The translations under genes were made by a program, and so were the position numbers. Positions 1-14,031 of a stretch of 64,000 nucleotides of DNA are shown piece by piece. Under the pieces are notes generated by a model. That model ran no database searches, was not told the DNA's origin, and saw only the letters and a list, made by a program, of their open reading frames with translations. The DNA comes from Carcharhinus longimanus (Eukaryota), in the NCBI GenBank assembly GCA_030264375.1, contig JASCQW010000132.1:85711226-85775225 (forward strand), in the 5' to 3' direction. How positions within the stretch are numbered: the first letter of the stretch is position 1; each line of letters begins with the position of its first letter.

Positions 1-387
1 ATCAGGTAATATTCACATGATGATACTGTACTGGGTCCCTTTCATTAAAGTGATGCTCTTTATATCCCTTGACTTTGGTACAAGTACAAGAGATAATTTA
101 AGGAACAATGCTGTCCAGATCAGGAGTTGAAAATCTCCTCAAATTTTTGCGGCTAATCCTGAGGTAACTTTGTTAGCAGTGGTATTGGGTGGAAAAGATG
201 TGTGACCAAATATCTGAATTTGGTGGGATATAATTCCACCCAATGAGCATTTTAGTTGTATAAGACTAAGCTTGAGGCTCTGCCAAAGATAATTTTCAAT
301 TGAAAATGGTTCAGGAGCAATGTTTTCTTAAAATGTATTCTGTATTCCCCAAATTTTGATTCCTTTAATAAACAAGATTATGAATTT

Positions 388-650
388 GCGTGGCACAGTG
401 GTTAGCATTGCTGCCTTAGGTTTGATTCTGGCCTTGCGTAACTGGAGTTTGCATGTTCTCTCTGTGTCCGAATGGTTTTTCTCCGGGTGCTCTGAATACT
501 TCCCACAATGAGTAGGTTAGTGGATTAGCTGTAGTAAATAATCAGGGCAGGGGATTGGGCCTGGGTGGGCTGCTGTTTCTGAGAGTTGGTGCAGACTTGA
601 TGGGCCAAATGGCCTCTTTCTGCACTGTAGGGATTCTATGGTTCTGTGAT
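388..650 (+). mobile_element. HE1-like V-SINE (decayed)
   Basis: tRNA-like head tggcacagtggttagca, V-domain ggagtttgcatgttctc...ctccgggtgctc, CR1-type tail gggccaaatggcct...gggattctatg. Confidence 0.8.
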
Positions 651-3600
651 TTCGGATCGAAAAATGCTGAAAATAGGTTCTAGATTTGGAGAGTGCATTA
701 ATTAAAATACAATCCTTTTGCATATTTCTTGTCATCCCCCACTTCTGATGGTCATTCTTGCTGAGCCACTGTTAAGCATCCCAACTAAGTGGCCAAACCT
801 CATCTGTTATATCTAAACAGTTAGTACAGCAAATTATTTAAGTGTTAAAGAACCAGTCAAGCAGATAATCTACCCACCCTAGCCTGNNNNNNNNNNNNNN
901 NNNNNNNNNNNNNNNNNNNNNNNNNNNNNNNNNNNNNNNNNNNNNNNNNNNNNNNNNNNNNNNNNNNNNNNNNNNNNNNNNNNNNNNNNNNNNNNNNNNN
1001 NNNNNNNNNNNNNNNNNNNNNNNNNNNNNNNNNNNNNNNNNNNNNNNNNNNNNNNNNNNNNNNNNNNNNNNNNNNNNNNNNNNNNNNNNNNNNNNNNNNN
1101 NNNNNNNNNNNNNNNNNNNNNNNNNNNNNNNNNNNNNNNNNNNNNNNNNCAGTTGAAAAAAACACTTTTTTGAAATGCAATTAAACTGGTCTGTGGCTAA
1201 AGGCATAAGCCTAGTTGGACAACCATTTAGATATATGTTCTAGAATGAAAAGCTAAATCGTCACTAGTTTGTACTTTGTTTTGTATTCTTGCCTTTTCTC
1301 AGTTCTAACATACTAGCAATTTACACTATTTTCCTCTGTTCTCTAATTGATTTGCAACAAATTCACCATGTCATTATTTGATTCCAGTATTGCGTTGTAC
1401 AGTTGCTTTGATTGGCAGATCACAAAGTCTGTATCCAGCTGCATTTTCAGTTCAGTGAGAGTAAGATGTTTGCAAATGCTAATAGAGGATGATGTAGGGT
1501 TAAGAGGAAGGCCTAAAATGATTTCTGGAAATAACTTGTTTGGGCAACATCCACCTTGAATATTGGCACATCTGCTGAAATGTTTCTGGTGTCAGAGGCT
1601 TCATTCTGTAATCAGAAATGAAGCTGATGCCCCGAGCACAACTTACAAAGATTTCTATATTGAAGAAAATTTTTCTGAACTTCTTGAACTGCAAAATTGT
1701 TCTTTTCTCCTCTCTGACAAAGCATGAACATACCCTACCCCCGACAAAGTCAAACTGGATGGGCTTTTCTTTTTGACACTACATTAGTCAAATTTATTTT
1801 GTTACACGTTTTGAGAATAAGGCATGTGGAAAACTGGAAACATTAAAAAATATAACTGATGCTTTGTATGACTGTGGTTTGGAAATATTTTTGTTCCTAA
1901 ACATTTTTGTACCTAGATTTATCAATAAGCAGAGCAGTTTAAAATAAGCTTTGCCAAACAGGAAAAATGTTGATGAGCAAAATTGCATTGGGATTTGAAA
2001 GTTTCTCTAAACTGGTTATTAATAAACATTTCAAAATACTTTTTGCTAACTTAAACAACTAGTCCTTTCACAAAAAAACTAACATCCTTTGAGAAGTTGT
2101 AAACAGCTAATTGGATAGCTGCAGGAATTTTGCATGCAACCCACACAATAAATATTTAGCCAGTAGACTTGCATGGAACTGAATGTGCGCAATGAATTAA
2201 AAGTGGAATAGCTCATAATCCTGGGGTGATGGGTGAGCCTATGCTTTGGGAGCAAGAGTAATAGATACTGCAGAGTTCTATAAACGTCAGTTTCCTGATC
2301 ATTTCATTGTACCGAACAACAAACTATAGAGGTTGGGGGTAACACGTGGTTTGCTACATGACTTACCCAGTTTTATTTGGGAGGATAGCAAATCGATTTT
2401 CTGATGACTTAGTTGCACAAGTTTATCACAAACTGATGATCCACACAGGAATAATTGTGCACAATCTTGTTAACTGTATCCTTCCAAAACAATAACTTAG
2501 AAGGATGAGAGTTAAAATGAGTGCTGCATATGAATTTGTTTTGAAATGTGATTCAAATTGCCTCAAGTCAGTACCAAAGCTGGTGGACAAAGAAAAAGAG
2601 CATTTGAACATTTTACCATTAATTTTTGAATTGGCATGAAAAGTAAAATTGAGCTTTGCGTCTCAAATGGGGCTGCCCAAATTTGGCCATTAACAAATGC
2701 TGAGGGCACAGGGTGGAGTTGAGTAGGAAACTGGAAACCCTAATTACAAGGTCTTCAGTTATAACATTGCAGGAATCAATATATCCTGTAATTAACATTT
2801 GTGCAGACAGTAAGGCCAATTACAAGCACCATGCTGCTAAATTCTTTTCCTTGTCCCCAAGAAGAAATTTTGATATTTGCAACAGCATATAAATGTTGAA
2901 CTGGGTATTTCTGTCAAACATGAGTATTATCTTGCCGTTATGTTATAGCCCAAGCAAAGAACAATTACTGCTGTTTGATTCGGAAATCCATGAAGCCACC
3001 CCCACCCCAGCTAGTTGTTGGCAGATAATTAAAATAAGAAGTAGTGAAGCTTCACATTAGCAATTCTAAACATTTTTGTTAGGTATGATTTGACTTTGAA
3101 AATGATGCGGATTCATTGCAATTCTAATGAAAACAGTGCTAATTGAGGCTGGTGTCCCACCCAGTAATTATTTTTCTTTGCTGTATGCTAATGTTATTAA
3201 ATAAGGGTGTGTGGATCTTTAGCTCCTTTTGTATTATTACATGGCAAGTTTGTAATGTGCATTTTGTTGCAACACAAGTTTTGACCTCTTGAGAACTGTT
3301 ATGCTATGCCTGGGGTATGCTACTTTAATAACATTCATGCCTGATATAGCTGAACAACAGATACCCATTTAAAAAGGTTAGAGTCTTTTATCATGGGAAT
3401 GTGTATATTATAAATCTGACTGCCGCTTTCTTTGGCCCATTCCTCATTCAAAGTAAGTAAGAAAGTCTGCTGAAAATGCTATAAGTACAGTTTTTAAGGG
3501 CGAAGTTCATTTTTCTACTGAATATGGTTTAAAATAAATGAAATGACTGGTGGTGCATTGGTTGTCCAGTTTATAATTCAAATGTCACCATCATAATTCA

Positions 3601-5551
3601 TTAATGTCATATCCTGAAGACGAAATCTTGGTGGTTCCATTCATTTTGCTGTACACTGTTCATCTTTGCTAATAACAGAAACTCTTCATAAACTGCAGCG
3701 TTTGAGTAAACTAGTAACAAGCTACTAAAGATGACCCTATCTGACGCAACTGATGCATTTGGGCTTTATTTAGGACAAGGGTGTGGCAGAAATTAGGAAA
3801 AATGTATTTATTACAAAAATCTGAAGGTTTTTTGTATCTTCTGAATGGGGAAGTTGAATTTTACGCTGTAGACATACTGGTGCAGAGGCTAGTTTTTGCA
3901 GAATTGCAATCTCTGTCTTGACTTACTGTACAGATTGTAAGTCTCAGAAGGTAGAGGAATTCTTTGGAGTTGCAAAATATTGTGTGATGCGTGCTTTGTT
4001 GGGGACAGTTTGTTCTGTTATTACCTATAATGTAATTCTATCTGTATGATCAGATTAATATGCCTTCAAAATAACGTTGTTTTTTAAGTTTACGTTGATT
4101 CAAGTTTGCATTTGCTCCAAGTTCGTTTAGAAATTTTACATCTAACTCTATTTTGTTTTTAGTTTGTGCCATAAACTGTGCTTTTTTTAGGCTTAACTTC
4201 TGATTAAATATGCAGTATTGAGGTATGATGTGCTACTGATGTTTATATTCACGAAGTAACCGTAAATTTTTAATTCTCCCTCATGCACTCATACGCGCAC
4301 ACACCCATGCATTCAGTGGTAAGCATTACATAAAGGAATATTGTTGACAACAGTCGTGAATGCAAATGGTGGAAATTAATTGCTCTTTCGGTGAAATTCT
4401 GATTGTTCTAGAATTGAGTCTGAGGCTGACATATCAACTGCAAATCAGATTAAGATAGGATTGCTAGAATTTGCTGCAGGGCAGTCAAGTATTGATGCTT
4501 AGCATGTGTTAATCATATCAAATATTGATGTACTTACTGCTTGTTGGCTTCTCTGTGATGTTGGCCACTTGTGACTATAGGTGGTTATCAGCAGTTGAGG
4601 TCAATCCTATCCTTGCCCAAATTTCATCAGTGCATTTTCTAGGATAATCACAGAATCCTGACCAAGAACCAGAACAAGGTTTTTTTTTTCACTCCTCTGT
4701 AGAACAGATCTGTTGAGGCTAATTGTAACACCCCAAAACCTGCCTTCAGCTAACTTGACACAGACCAGGAAGCATCCTGAAGCATTTTTCAAATTATATA
4801 CATCAAGTTTTAAGTCTGAACAAATTCTAAACTCCGTGAAATTCCTTAGCAGTAATCTTGTTGATAGAAGTATCTGTGTTGGAATTTGGACCCTATCCCT
4901 GAAATTGAAAAATGACTAATCTTTCATTAGCTTATGAATATCTCTGTAAATACATATCTATTGTTGAACTGAGCCATGCAGCCTAGGAAAGTACAATATT
5001 TAATTCTCAGTCCTCAAATGAACTAGCTGATACCAGCTAAGGATGCATCACATTTGAAATTGACAACTGTGATAGAAAGAAGAAAATCAGTCAAACTTCC
5101 CTCCTGATCACTGCCCGATGACTCCTTCCTGGAAATTTGGATAGAAGATAGATAGAATAGGATAGAATTTGCTTGCCTGCAAAGCTCCTATGACCAAATA
5201 TCCAGCCACAGTCAGCATCTGCTGTATAAACTTGCTCATTTAAGAATGCTGCTTCGTTTAAAGCATCAGAGCTGCCAACAGCCAGATGAGGAAGAGGGAA
5301 GAAAATCGTTAACCAAATGAGGATTTGGCTCTTTGTAAAATTGAGATGCAATATTCGTATGTCTTTGGTGAATTATTGAGTTCATACTTTTTGTTTGGCA
5401 GAGTGATAGTTTCTTAACAGTCCAGAATGCTCAGAATCCATTTAGTTGGATTAGATCTCTTCTGATGTACTCTTTTTTATATTTTACACTCTGAAGCAGA
5501 AACATTCAGGTCAGCAGTTATTGAACTACGAATTGTTCAATGTAATACTTT

Positions 5552-5971
5552 TAAAATTCATGGGACATGTGCATTGTTGGCTGAGACAGCATTTATTACC
5601 CATCTCTAAATACCCCTGAGGCGGCATTTGAGAGTCAACCATATAGTTGTGTGTCTGGAGTCACATATAGGCCAGACCAGGTAAGGACGGCAGATTTCCT
5701 TCCCTAAAGGACATTGACAATGGTTTTCATGGTTATCATTAAAGATGAAGTTTATTTATTAGTCACAAGTAAGGCTTACATTAACACTGCAGTGAAGTTA
5801 TTGTGAAATTCCCCCAGTCGCCACACTCTGGCGTCTGTTCGGGTCATAGACTTTTAATTCAAGATTCTTATTCAATTCTGTCGTAGTGAGATTTAAATCT
5901 GGGTCCCAGGGCAATGCCCTGGGTCTCTGAATATTAGTCCAGTGACAATTCCGTGACTCCACTGCCTCCCC
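5552..5971 (-). mobile_element. Second tRNA-headed SINE family, with a nested V-SINE 3' fragment (~5742-5845)
   Basis: Reverse complement starts ggggaggcagtgg...cactggactaatattcagagacccaggg, matching the + copy at 51656. The nested piece carries the gtaagccttacttgtgactaataaa tail. Confidence 0.75.
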
Positions 5972-7035
5972 TAAAAAGAGCAGTCTACCATTTTATGAGC
6001 AACATGGTAATGTAAAAGAAAATTGCCGCGGTGTAAATTAGTCTGTTAAATAGATTTTTAATCTTCATCCGTTACGCTGGTATGTGATGGTAAGATTTTT
6101 AGAACTAACTCGTTATTTTATTGATGACTAATTATTCCTCAAAAAATTCTATCTGCTGTGCCCTTTTTTAACCAACCTAAATCGCTAAGGTGAAACACAA
6201 AACAATTTTAACTAAAGTGATTTATGCACAATATTTTGATTTGTTTCTCCAATACCCTCCCCACATCTACTCATGCACGCAACGCACATACAATTTTGCA
6301 AGTGAATGAGCAGTGGATTAGAATGTTGCAAATTCTTGAAGAAAACAGCTTCCCACTTTGTTATTTAAAGTAAGCAATTTTTTGCACTTTCACCTTAATT
6401 TCAAAGCAATAACATTAGATGTACTTATCTGAACCTCAGTGTCTTCCTAAATCAGGCTTTGATCTGTTAGAATCCATCACATCACCTAAGCCAGGAAGTA
6501 GATTTTAATAACATGTGCTGCATAATATCTGGAATCGAGGTAGTCATCAAATGCATGCTATCATCTCTGTTTTCCTTGGTCCATAACAACAATGTAAACT
6601 ACCCTCTGTTTATTGCTGTGGTGGTAGTACGTTTCTTATCGCAAAATCATTTTGTCTCCATCAAGCATCTCAGTTCTGTTCATTCATTTACATGTGTCTC
6701 TCCACTGAACGCCTCTTCCCTGCCCAGTGATTTGAATCTCCATCTTGGCCCCATTTGGCCAGTGTCCATAGAGTTCACTGCCATCCTATCGTCTCTAAAC
6801 CCCTCCTTCCATATAAATGCTTTTAACTATATCCATAGTCATCTCTTCAACCTTGCCCTGTCACATTACCACTCCTTATCCATGGTCTTGAACACAAATG
6901 GAAACAACCTCCCACTGTTTGCATATATTCCACGCAACCCACAAACACCTTATTGCTCTGCTGCTTTTTGCAGCTGCTAATGGAAATAGACTCTCTTTAC
7001 CCCTGCCTCTTTTCTCTTCCTCCTCTTCCCATGTT

Positions 7036-7520
7036 ACAAGACCATAGGAGTAGGCATTTAATCCTACAAGCCTGCCGCACCATTTAATAAGATCGTGGCT
7101 GATCTAACACTCAAGCCCACTTTCCTGTCTTAATTCCGTAACGCTTAATTCCTCTGCTGATTTAAAAACCTATCGATCTCTGCCTTGAAAATGTTCAAGG
7201 ACTCCGCCCCCACGGTTTCCTGGGGTAAAGAATTCCGAAGGTTTGCTACTCTTTGAGAGAAGAAATTTCTCCTCAAATCCATCTTAAATGGGAACCCCTT
7301 ATTCTGTGATTATGCCCTCTTGTCCTTACACTGTCCCATGAGTTTAATCATCCTCCCAACGTTTACCCTGTTTAACCCCCTAAGAATCTTATATTTTTCT
7401 ATCATATCACCTCTCATTCTTTTGAACTCCGAGGAGTATAAACCCTATTTAATCTTGCCCCATACGGTAGTCCCTCTATACCCAGAATCATCCATGTAAT
7501 CCTCCTCTGTACTGTTTCCT
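7036..7520 (-). mobile_element. CR1 LINE 3' fragment
   Basis: ccatttaataagatcgtggctgatc 3'UTR motif followed by decayed ORF2 C-terminus on the minus strand. Confidence 0.75.
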
Positions 7521-8346
7521 GTGATAGTGATAATGACAAGTCACCACCACAGTCAGCTGTCTAGCCTTTGGTGTTGTATCTTGTTCGTGTTATAGCATAC
7601 ACTTTGTGTTTTTCTAAGGATAAAATTAAGTCTTTGTGCTACTGCTAATTGAAAAGGGTGATTTAGTTGTGTTTTTACTAGTGGCAGTCTATTTCAATGT
7701 TTATTGTTTCAAAGTGATGAAAATTGGCTGTTGGATTACTTTGACAGTGAGGACCTTTTTTCCCCTGCGGTATTTATTCCTGTCTCTATACTGTAGAGGG
7801 GTGATGGGCCTCATTATTAAAAATGAGTTGCTAAGTCAAAAAAAAAATGCGCATTCCAATTGCTAGTACAAATTCTGTGTATTTGCCATCAGATGTAGAA
7901 ATTGGTTTAGCTGTCCTTGTGAAAATATCTGTGTGTGTGCCTGCATTATAAATTTATGGTTTTCTATGAATGCAGCAATGACTGCAGGTCCCTAATCTCG
8001 TCAGCTATAGCTTTCTATCTTGTGGTTTTGTAGCATTAATTTCAGGTCTTGTGTTACTTTCAGTAATTAATTGCTGGAGGGGCAAAGTAATGTGTGGCAC
8101 TGCACCTTGAATCTCAAATGCTATGCCATCAATAGTTATTTGTTTCTTTGCCTTTCTTGCTCCTATCTGCATTTCTCCTTGAAACTAGAAAGATATACTT
8201 TTCTGTATTGCTCAAAAAAGATTTCTAATTCAGTAACAATAATAGTAGCTGACAGTAAGATTGAGGCAGCAATTGAATCTCTGGCAGTTACATGTTTTTA
8301 TAACTATTCAATTGAATTAATGACTCATAACTCACTCTAGCTGTCT

Positions 8347-9380
8347 TAGAGTCATAGAGGTTTACAACAGGCCCTTTGACCCAAGTTGTCCATGCCACCC
8401 TTTTTTAACCCCTGAGCTAGTCTCAATTGCCCTCGTTTGGCCCATATCCCTCTATACCCATCTTATCCATGTAACTGTCTAAATGCTTTTTAAAAGACAA
8501 AATTGTATCTGCCTCTACTACATCTGGCAGCTTGTTCCAGACACTCACCACTCTCTGCATGAAAAAATTGTTCCTCTGAACTCTTTTGTATCTCTCCCCT
8601 TAAACCTATGCCCTCTAGTTTTAGACTCCCCTACCTTTGGGAAAAGATATTGACTAGCTAGCTGATCTATGCCCCTCATTACTTTATAGACCTCTATAAG
8701 ATCATCCCTCAGCCTCCCACACTCCAGAGGAAAACAGTCCCAGTCTCTTTATAACTCAAGCCAAGTCCTGGTAGCATCCTAGTAAATATTTTCTGCACTC
8801 TTTCTCGTTTAATAATATCTTTTCTATAATAGGATGACCAGAACTGTAGATAGTATTCCAAGTGTGGCCTTACCAATGTCTTGTACAATTTCAACAAGAC
8901 GTCCCAACTCCTGTATTCAATGCTCTGACCAATGAAACCAAGCATGCTGAATGCCTTCTTCACCATTCTGTCCACCTGTGTCTCCACTTTCAAGGAGCTA
9001 TGCACCGTACCTTTAGATTTCTTTGTTCTGTAACTCTCCCCGAAGCCCTACCATTTACTGACTAAGTCCTGCCCTGGTTCAATCTACCAAAATGCATCAC
9101 CTCATATTTATAAAGATTTTGATCACATTGTCTTTTACTCTTCTAAACTCCAGTGGATACAAACCTAATCTCTCCAACCTTTCCTCACAAACCAACCCAT
9201 CCATTCCATGTGATCCCTTCAAAGAACTTTAATAAGGTGATTCAACATGATTTCCCTTTCACAAAACCATGTAGACTCTGCCTGATTGCCTTGTTTTTTC
9301 CTATGAGCCCAGCTATAATATCTTTAATAATAAGCTTCTAACATTTGCTCTGTCATAGATGTTAGGCTGACTGGTTTGTA
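8347..9380 (-). mobile_element. CR1 (HER1-like) LINE 3' fragment(s)
   Basis: ORF 8709-9005 ...IEYRSWDVLLKLYKTLVRPHLEY..QFWSSYYRKDI..ERVQK.FTRMLPG is the typical CR1 ORF2 C-terminus; tail tagagtcatagag. Confidence 0.9.
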
Positions 9381-9670
9381 ATGTGTGTATGAGCGTGTGG
9401 ATGGGAATATCATTGTGAGTGTGTGCATGAGCATGTGACTGTGTATATGTGAGTGTATATGTGTACGTGTACATGTGGGACTTTATGGCCTTGCTCAAGC
9501 GAGACTGTAAATTCCCACCTGAGGACAATGGACATTTCCATTGTCCGCCTCTTGCCTGCAGCAATCCCGTGGTGGGTGAGGCCTGGGAGTTCCGACGTAT
9601 ATGTGAATGCGTGTGCATGTGAACGTGTGTATATGTGAGAATATACGTGTGAATGTGTGCATGAGCAGTG
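9381..9670. repeat. Degenerate (TG)n low-complexity tract interrupted by a MITE (9476-9596)
   Basis: gtgtgtatgagcgtgtg... visible on both sides of a GC-rich insert. Confidence 0.75.
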
Positions 9671-9672
9671 AG

Positions 9673-9840
9673 CATAGAATTCCTACAGTGCAGAAGGAGG
9701 CCATTCAGCCCATCGAGTCAGCACTGACCACAATCTCACCCAGGCGCTATTCCCACAACCCCACACATTTACCCTATTAGTCCCCCTGACACTAAGGGGC
9801 AATGTAGCATGGCCCATCAACCTAACCCGCACATTTTTGG
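9673..9840 (-). mobile_element. HE1-like SINE 3' part, running into gap
   Basis: catagaattcctacagtgcagaaggaggccattcagcccatcgag is the reverse complement of the HE1 tail. Confidence 0.85.
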
Positions 9841-10142
9841 NNNNNNNNNNNNNNNNNNNNNNNNNNNNNNNNNNNNNNNNNNNNNNNNNNNNNNNNNNNN
9901 NNNNNNNNNNNNNNNNNNNNNNNNNNNNNNNNNNNNNNNNNNNNNNNNNNNNNNNNNNNNNNNNNNNNNNNNNNNNNNNNNNNNNNNNNNNNNNNNNNNN
10001 NNNNNNNNNNNNNNNNNNNNNNNNNNNNNNNNNNNNNNNNNNNNNNNNNNNNNNNNNNNNNNNNNNNNNNNNNNNNNNNNNNNNNNNNNNNNNNNNNNNN
10101 NNNNNNNNNNNNNNNNNNNNNNNNNNNNNNNNNNNNNNNNNN

Positions 10143-10533
10143 GGTTGTTTTCGTTAGAGAGAAGAAGGTTAAGAGGTGACCTAATTGAGGCATACAAGAT
10201 GATCAGAGGATTAGATAGGCGGGACAGTGAGGGCCTTTTTCTTCAGATGGTGATGGCTAACACGAGGGGGCATAGCTTTAAATTGAGGGGTGATAAATAT
10301 AGGACGGATGTCAGAAGTAGGTTGTTTACTCAGAGGGTAATAGGGCATGGAATGCCCTGTCTGCAACAGTTGTAGACTCGCCAACTTTAAGGGCATTCAA
10401 AATGGTCATTGGATAGGCATATGGATAATATCGGAATAGTTTAGGTTAGAGGGCCATTAGATTGGTTCCACTGGTCGACGCAACATGGGCCGAAGGGCCT
10501 GTACTACGCTGTAGTGTTCTATATTCTATGATT
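10143..10533 (+). mobile_element. CR1 LINE 3' end
   Basis: LFSLERRRLRGDLIEAYKMIRGLDR...TRGHSFKLRG; tail gggccgaagggcctgt...ttctatattctatg. Confidence 0.92.
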
Positions 10534-11957
10534 ATGTGGTTTTTCACCTAGGATTTGGTTAACAATTAAATGTGTAAGCAATTTGAACATTTTCCTACTA
10601 TGAACAGTATTTGTCATCAATAAAGCAATTACATTCAGTTCAAATCTATAATAAACTATTCAAAAGGACCATAAGTGCCTTGATAAATGTTCTTGTCTAA
10701 CCCTCACCACTACCTTTGTCCAAATCATTGTGATGTGGTGAACCATACGTCCAACAAGCAGGTGGTTGATGAGAGCTATATTGTGGCTTGAACTATAGTT
10801 TCTTTGTCACGCCACTGGGAGTTATACTAACCCAGAAAAACTTCATTATTGTTTTGGGTTTCAAAATCTGAATTTTGGATCTTGTGCAGCCTGGATACTT
10901 ATTTGTACATTTGGGCCAGAAGTTAGGATGAGTTAGGATCAAATATAGAGGCAGAAAAATGAAGAGGGGAGGAAAAAAAGCGGTTTTGAGAGGGTTTAAA
11001 AAAAAAGCAATCAAAAATAAGAAAAAATTGAAAAAAGCAAGCAGATGAGAAGGATATTATAAGCCAGTTGTCTCTGATTTGCTGCCTTGGACCTTGAGAG
11101 GTTAATGGTGGGATTTGTGTATAAAATGTACAGATGTCCATGACCTCTGAAATATAGAACCACTGAGTGACCCTGTCCATTATGGTCAGGAACAATGGAA
11201 AACCTAGTGCGAACACTTACTGTATACTTTCATAGGAGCATAGGTGAATAAAGACCAAAGTCCATCTAGTTTATCTTCTGTTATCCTGCTAGTCGCATGA
11301 TTCAATGGTAATAGAGTTATTGACTAATCACGGCATTCAAAATCTCTTAATCTGTTGACAATAGACCCACAAATGATGACAGGAACACTCCATTGGTGTG
11401 GGACTCTTTTTCTTTCCAAACATGACACTGCATGGCATGTCAGATTATTCACTCTATTCCAAATGTTATTTTCAAGTTTTATCCATTTTATTTTATCTGG
11501 TTTGCATTTGAATGCTTGGCCCTTTTTGTGTGTGTCAAAATAGCTGAAAGTTAATCCCTTCTGACACTAGCAAGAGTGGGAATAGCAAGGATGTAAAATA
11601 AAGACTGCCAAGATAGATAAAAGGAATAAAAAACAAAGTTCTAAGCACAATTTGTTACTTGCTGAAGGAAGACTGCAACTTCATTGGTTCCCTTATGGGC
11701 CTCCAGGTTTGAGTGACATATCTGGATTATAAATCACAACATTACTGGGTCTTCTATGATACAAATTACCAAATGGCTGTAGCAAGAATAATTCAGAATG
11801 TCACAAATGCAGTAATTTCCTGACCATCACGAAGATCAATGGAGAATCTCACTGTAAAAACAAAACTGCATTGGCAATGCTAACGACCAAGTGCTGCAAA
11901 TCGACCAGCAATGTTTTATTCCTCAATTTGCTAGAATTTTTTGATTTTTGGTTTACC

Positions 11958-12295
11958 ACTGTCACGTGTATTGATATACAGTGAAAAGTATTGTTTCTTG
12001 CGCACTATACAGACATAACATACCATTCATAGAGAAGGAAAGGAGCAAATGCAGAATGTAGTTACAATCATAGCTAGGGTGTAGAGAAAGATCAACTTAA
12101 TGCAAAATAACTCTATTCAAAAGCCCAACAGCAGGGACGAAGCTGTTCTTGAGTCGGTTGGTACGTGATCTCAGACATCTGTGTCTTTTTCCCAAAGAAA
12201 GTGGGAGAGAGAATGGCCAGGGTGAATGGGGTCCTTAATTATGTGGCTGCTTTTCCTAGACAGTGTCAGTGAATGGGAGGCTGGCTAAGTGATGT
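11958..12295 (-). mobile_element. Rex1/Babar-like LINE 3' fragment
   Basis: Similar to 12677-13050 (tgtcac.tgtatt..catacagtga.aagtattgtttcttg.gc.ctata). Confidence 0.7.
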
Positions 12296-12676
12296 ACTGT
12301 GGTGAGCACCATTATTTTCAGAAATTATGGGTTCAAAAATTGTGAACTTAAACTTTAAAAATGGCTGATCCTCAATTGTGGTTTGTTTTTGTCAGAATTT
12401 TTTCCTCTGTGCTTAAAGAAAATATGGTTTCTTTCCCCAGCACTCAGCAGAAGGACATTTTCCGAGACTTTAACAGTTAAATCTTCAGAAGTTGAGTTGT
12501 ATTACGTTTATTTCATAACCAAAGAAACTAACAGGAACATTAGAATTGTCATAAAGCATGTCTGGTTCATATTGTAAAAGAACTTGAGAGTTTGTTTCCT
12601 GAAATGCGCATGAAGACAAGATTAGAGATCATTTTGATGCCTTCTTGTAAAATAGCATGTTAAAAAAAATTATTTA

Positions 12677-13430
12677 ATTTGATTTATTATTGTCACATGT
12701 ATTAACATACAGTGATAAGTATTGTTTCTTGTGCGCTATATAGTCAATTCATAGAGAAAGAAACGAGAGTGCAGAACATTGTGTTATAGTCATAGCTAGG
12801 CTGTAGAGAAAGATCCAACTTAATGCAAGACTGTAAGATCCAACTTAATGCAATATCCATTCAAAAGACTGAGAGCAGCAGGGAAGAAGCTGTTCTTCAG
12901 TCGGTACGTGACCTCAGACTTTTGTATCCTTTTTCGGAAGGAAAATGGATGTCTGGGGTGTGTGGGGTCCTTAACTATGCTGACTGCTTTTCCGAGGCAG
13001 CGGGAAGTGTAGACAGTGTGAATGGATGGGAGGCTGGTTTGCATGCTGGATTGGGCTATATTCACAACCTTTTGTAGTTCCTTGCGGTCTTGGACAAAAC
13101 AGGAGCCATTCCAAGCTGTGATACAACCAGAAAGATTTCTGTGTGCATCTGTGAAAGTTACTGCAAGTCGTAGCTGACGTACCAAATTTCCTTAGTCTTC
13201 TGAGAAAGTAGAGGTTTTGGTGGGCTTTCTTAACTATATCATCGGCATGGCAGGACCAGGACAGGTTGTTGGTGACCTGGACACCGAAAAACTTGAAGCT
13301 CTTGACCCTTTTTACTTTGTCCCAATTGATTAGAAAGGGGCATATTCTCCTTTACGTTTCCTGAAGTCGAGGATAGTCTCCTTCGTTTTGTTGACATTGA
13401 GGGAGAGATCATTGTTGCTGCACCAGTTCA
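12677..13430 (-). mobile_element. Rex1/Babar-like LINE 3' fragment
   Basis: ORF 12820-13185 LSGCITAWNGSC..QDRKELQKVV..AQ...SLPSI...YTSRCLGKA.SI.KDPTHP...RLKNSFFPAA; internal 25-bp tandem duplication ~12810-12853. Confidence 0.8.
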
Positions 13431-13715
13431 GGAGGAAGGGAGACAGCAAGGCTTCGGGAGGAAGGTGACACAAATTATGTGCCAGTACTCAATCCAGATT
13501 CTCATAAAGAATGACTCTTGGGATGGCACTTGGCACCTTTTTTACATGGTCAAGAGGAGGGAAAAGGAAATATTGGTAACACAATTTTGCCTTAGTTTCT
13601 GTAGTTGTTTCTTTACTTCACAGTTATTGGTTATTGTGATTATCAAATCTTTGACGTATGATCAGAACACTTAAAGTTCCATAAAAAGCAAAGCTTCAAG
13701 AAGTGTGGAACATAA

Positions 13716-14031
13716 GGGAACATTGTGGTGGCAGAGTGTTTAGCATTTCTGCCTCACAGCACCAGGGACCTGGGTTCAATTCTGGCCTTGGGTCACTGTG
13801 TGGAGTTTGCACATTCCCCGCGTGTCTGTGTGGGTTTCCTCCGGGTGCTTTGGTTTCCTCCCATAGTCCAAAGATGTACAGGTTAGCTGGATTGGCCATG
13901 CTAATTTAACCCTAGTGTCAGGTGGATTAGCAGGGTAAATGTATGGGGTTATGGGAAAAGAGCCTAGGTGGGATTGTGGTCGGTGCAGACTTGATGGGCT
14001 GAATGGTGTCATCTGCACTGTAGGGATTCTA
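13716..14031 (+). mobile_element. HE1-like V-SINE, full length
   Basis: tRNA head, V-domain cactgtgtggagtttgcacattc...gggtttcctccgggtgct, CR1 tail. Confidence 0.9.

Noticed and set aside
6513-6980. 155-aa ORF without gaps
   Set aside because: Composition is Ser/Leu/His-rich with no recognisable domain; likely a very old L2 remnant or chance ORF
9313-9675. His/Thr-rich 120-aa ORF
   Set aside because: Translation of a degenerate (CA)n tract
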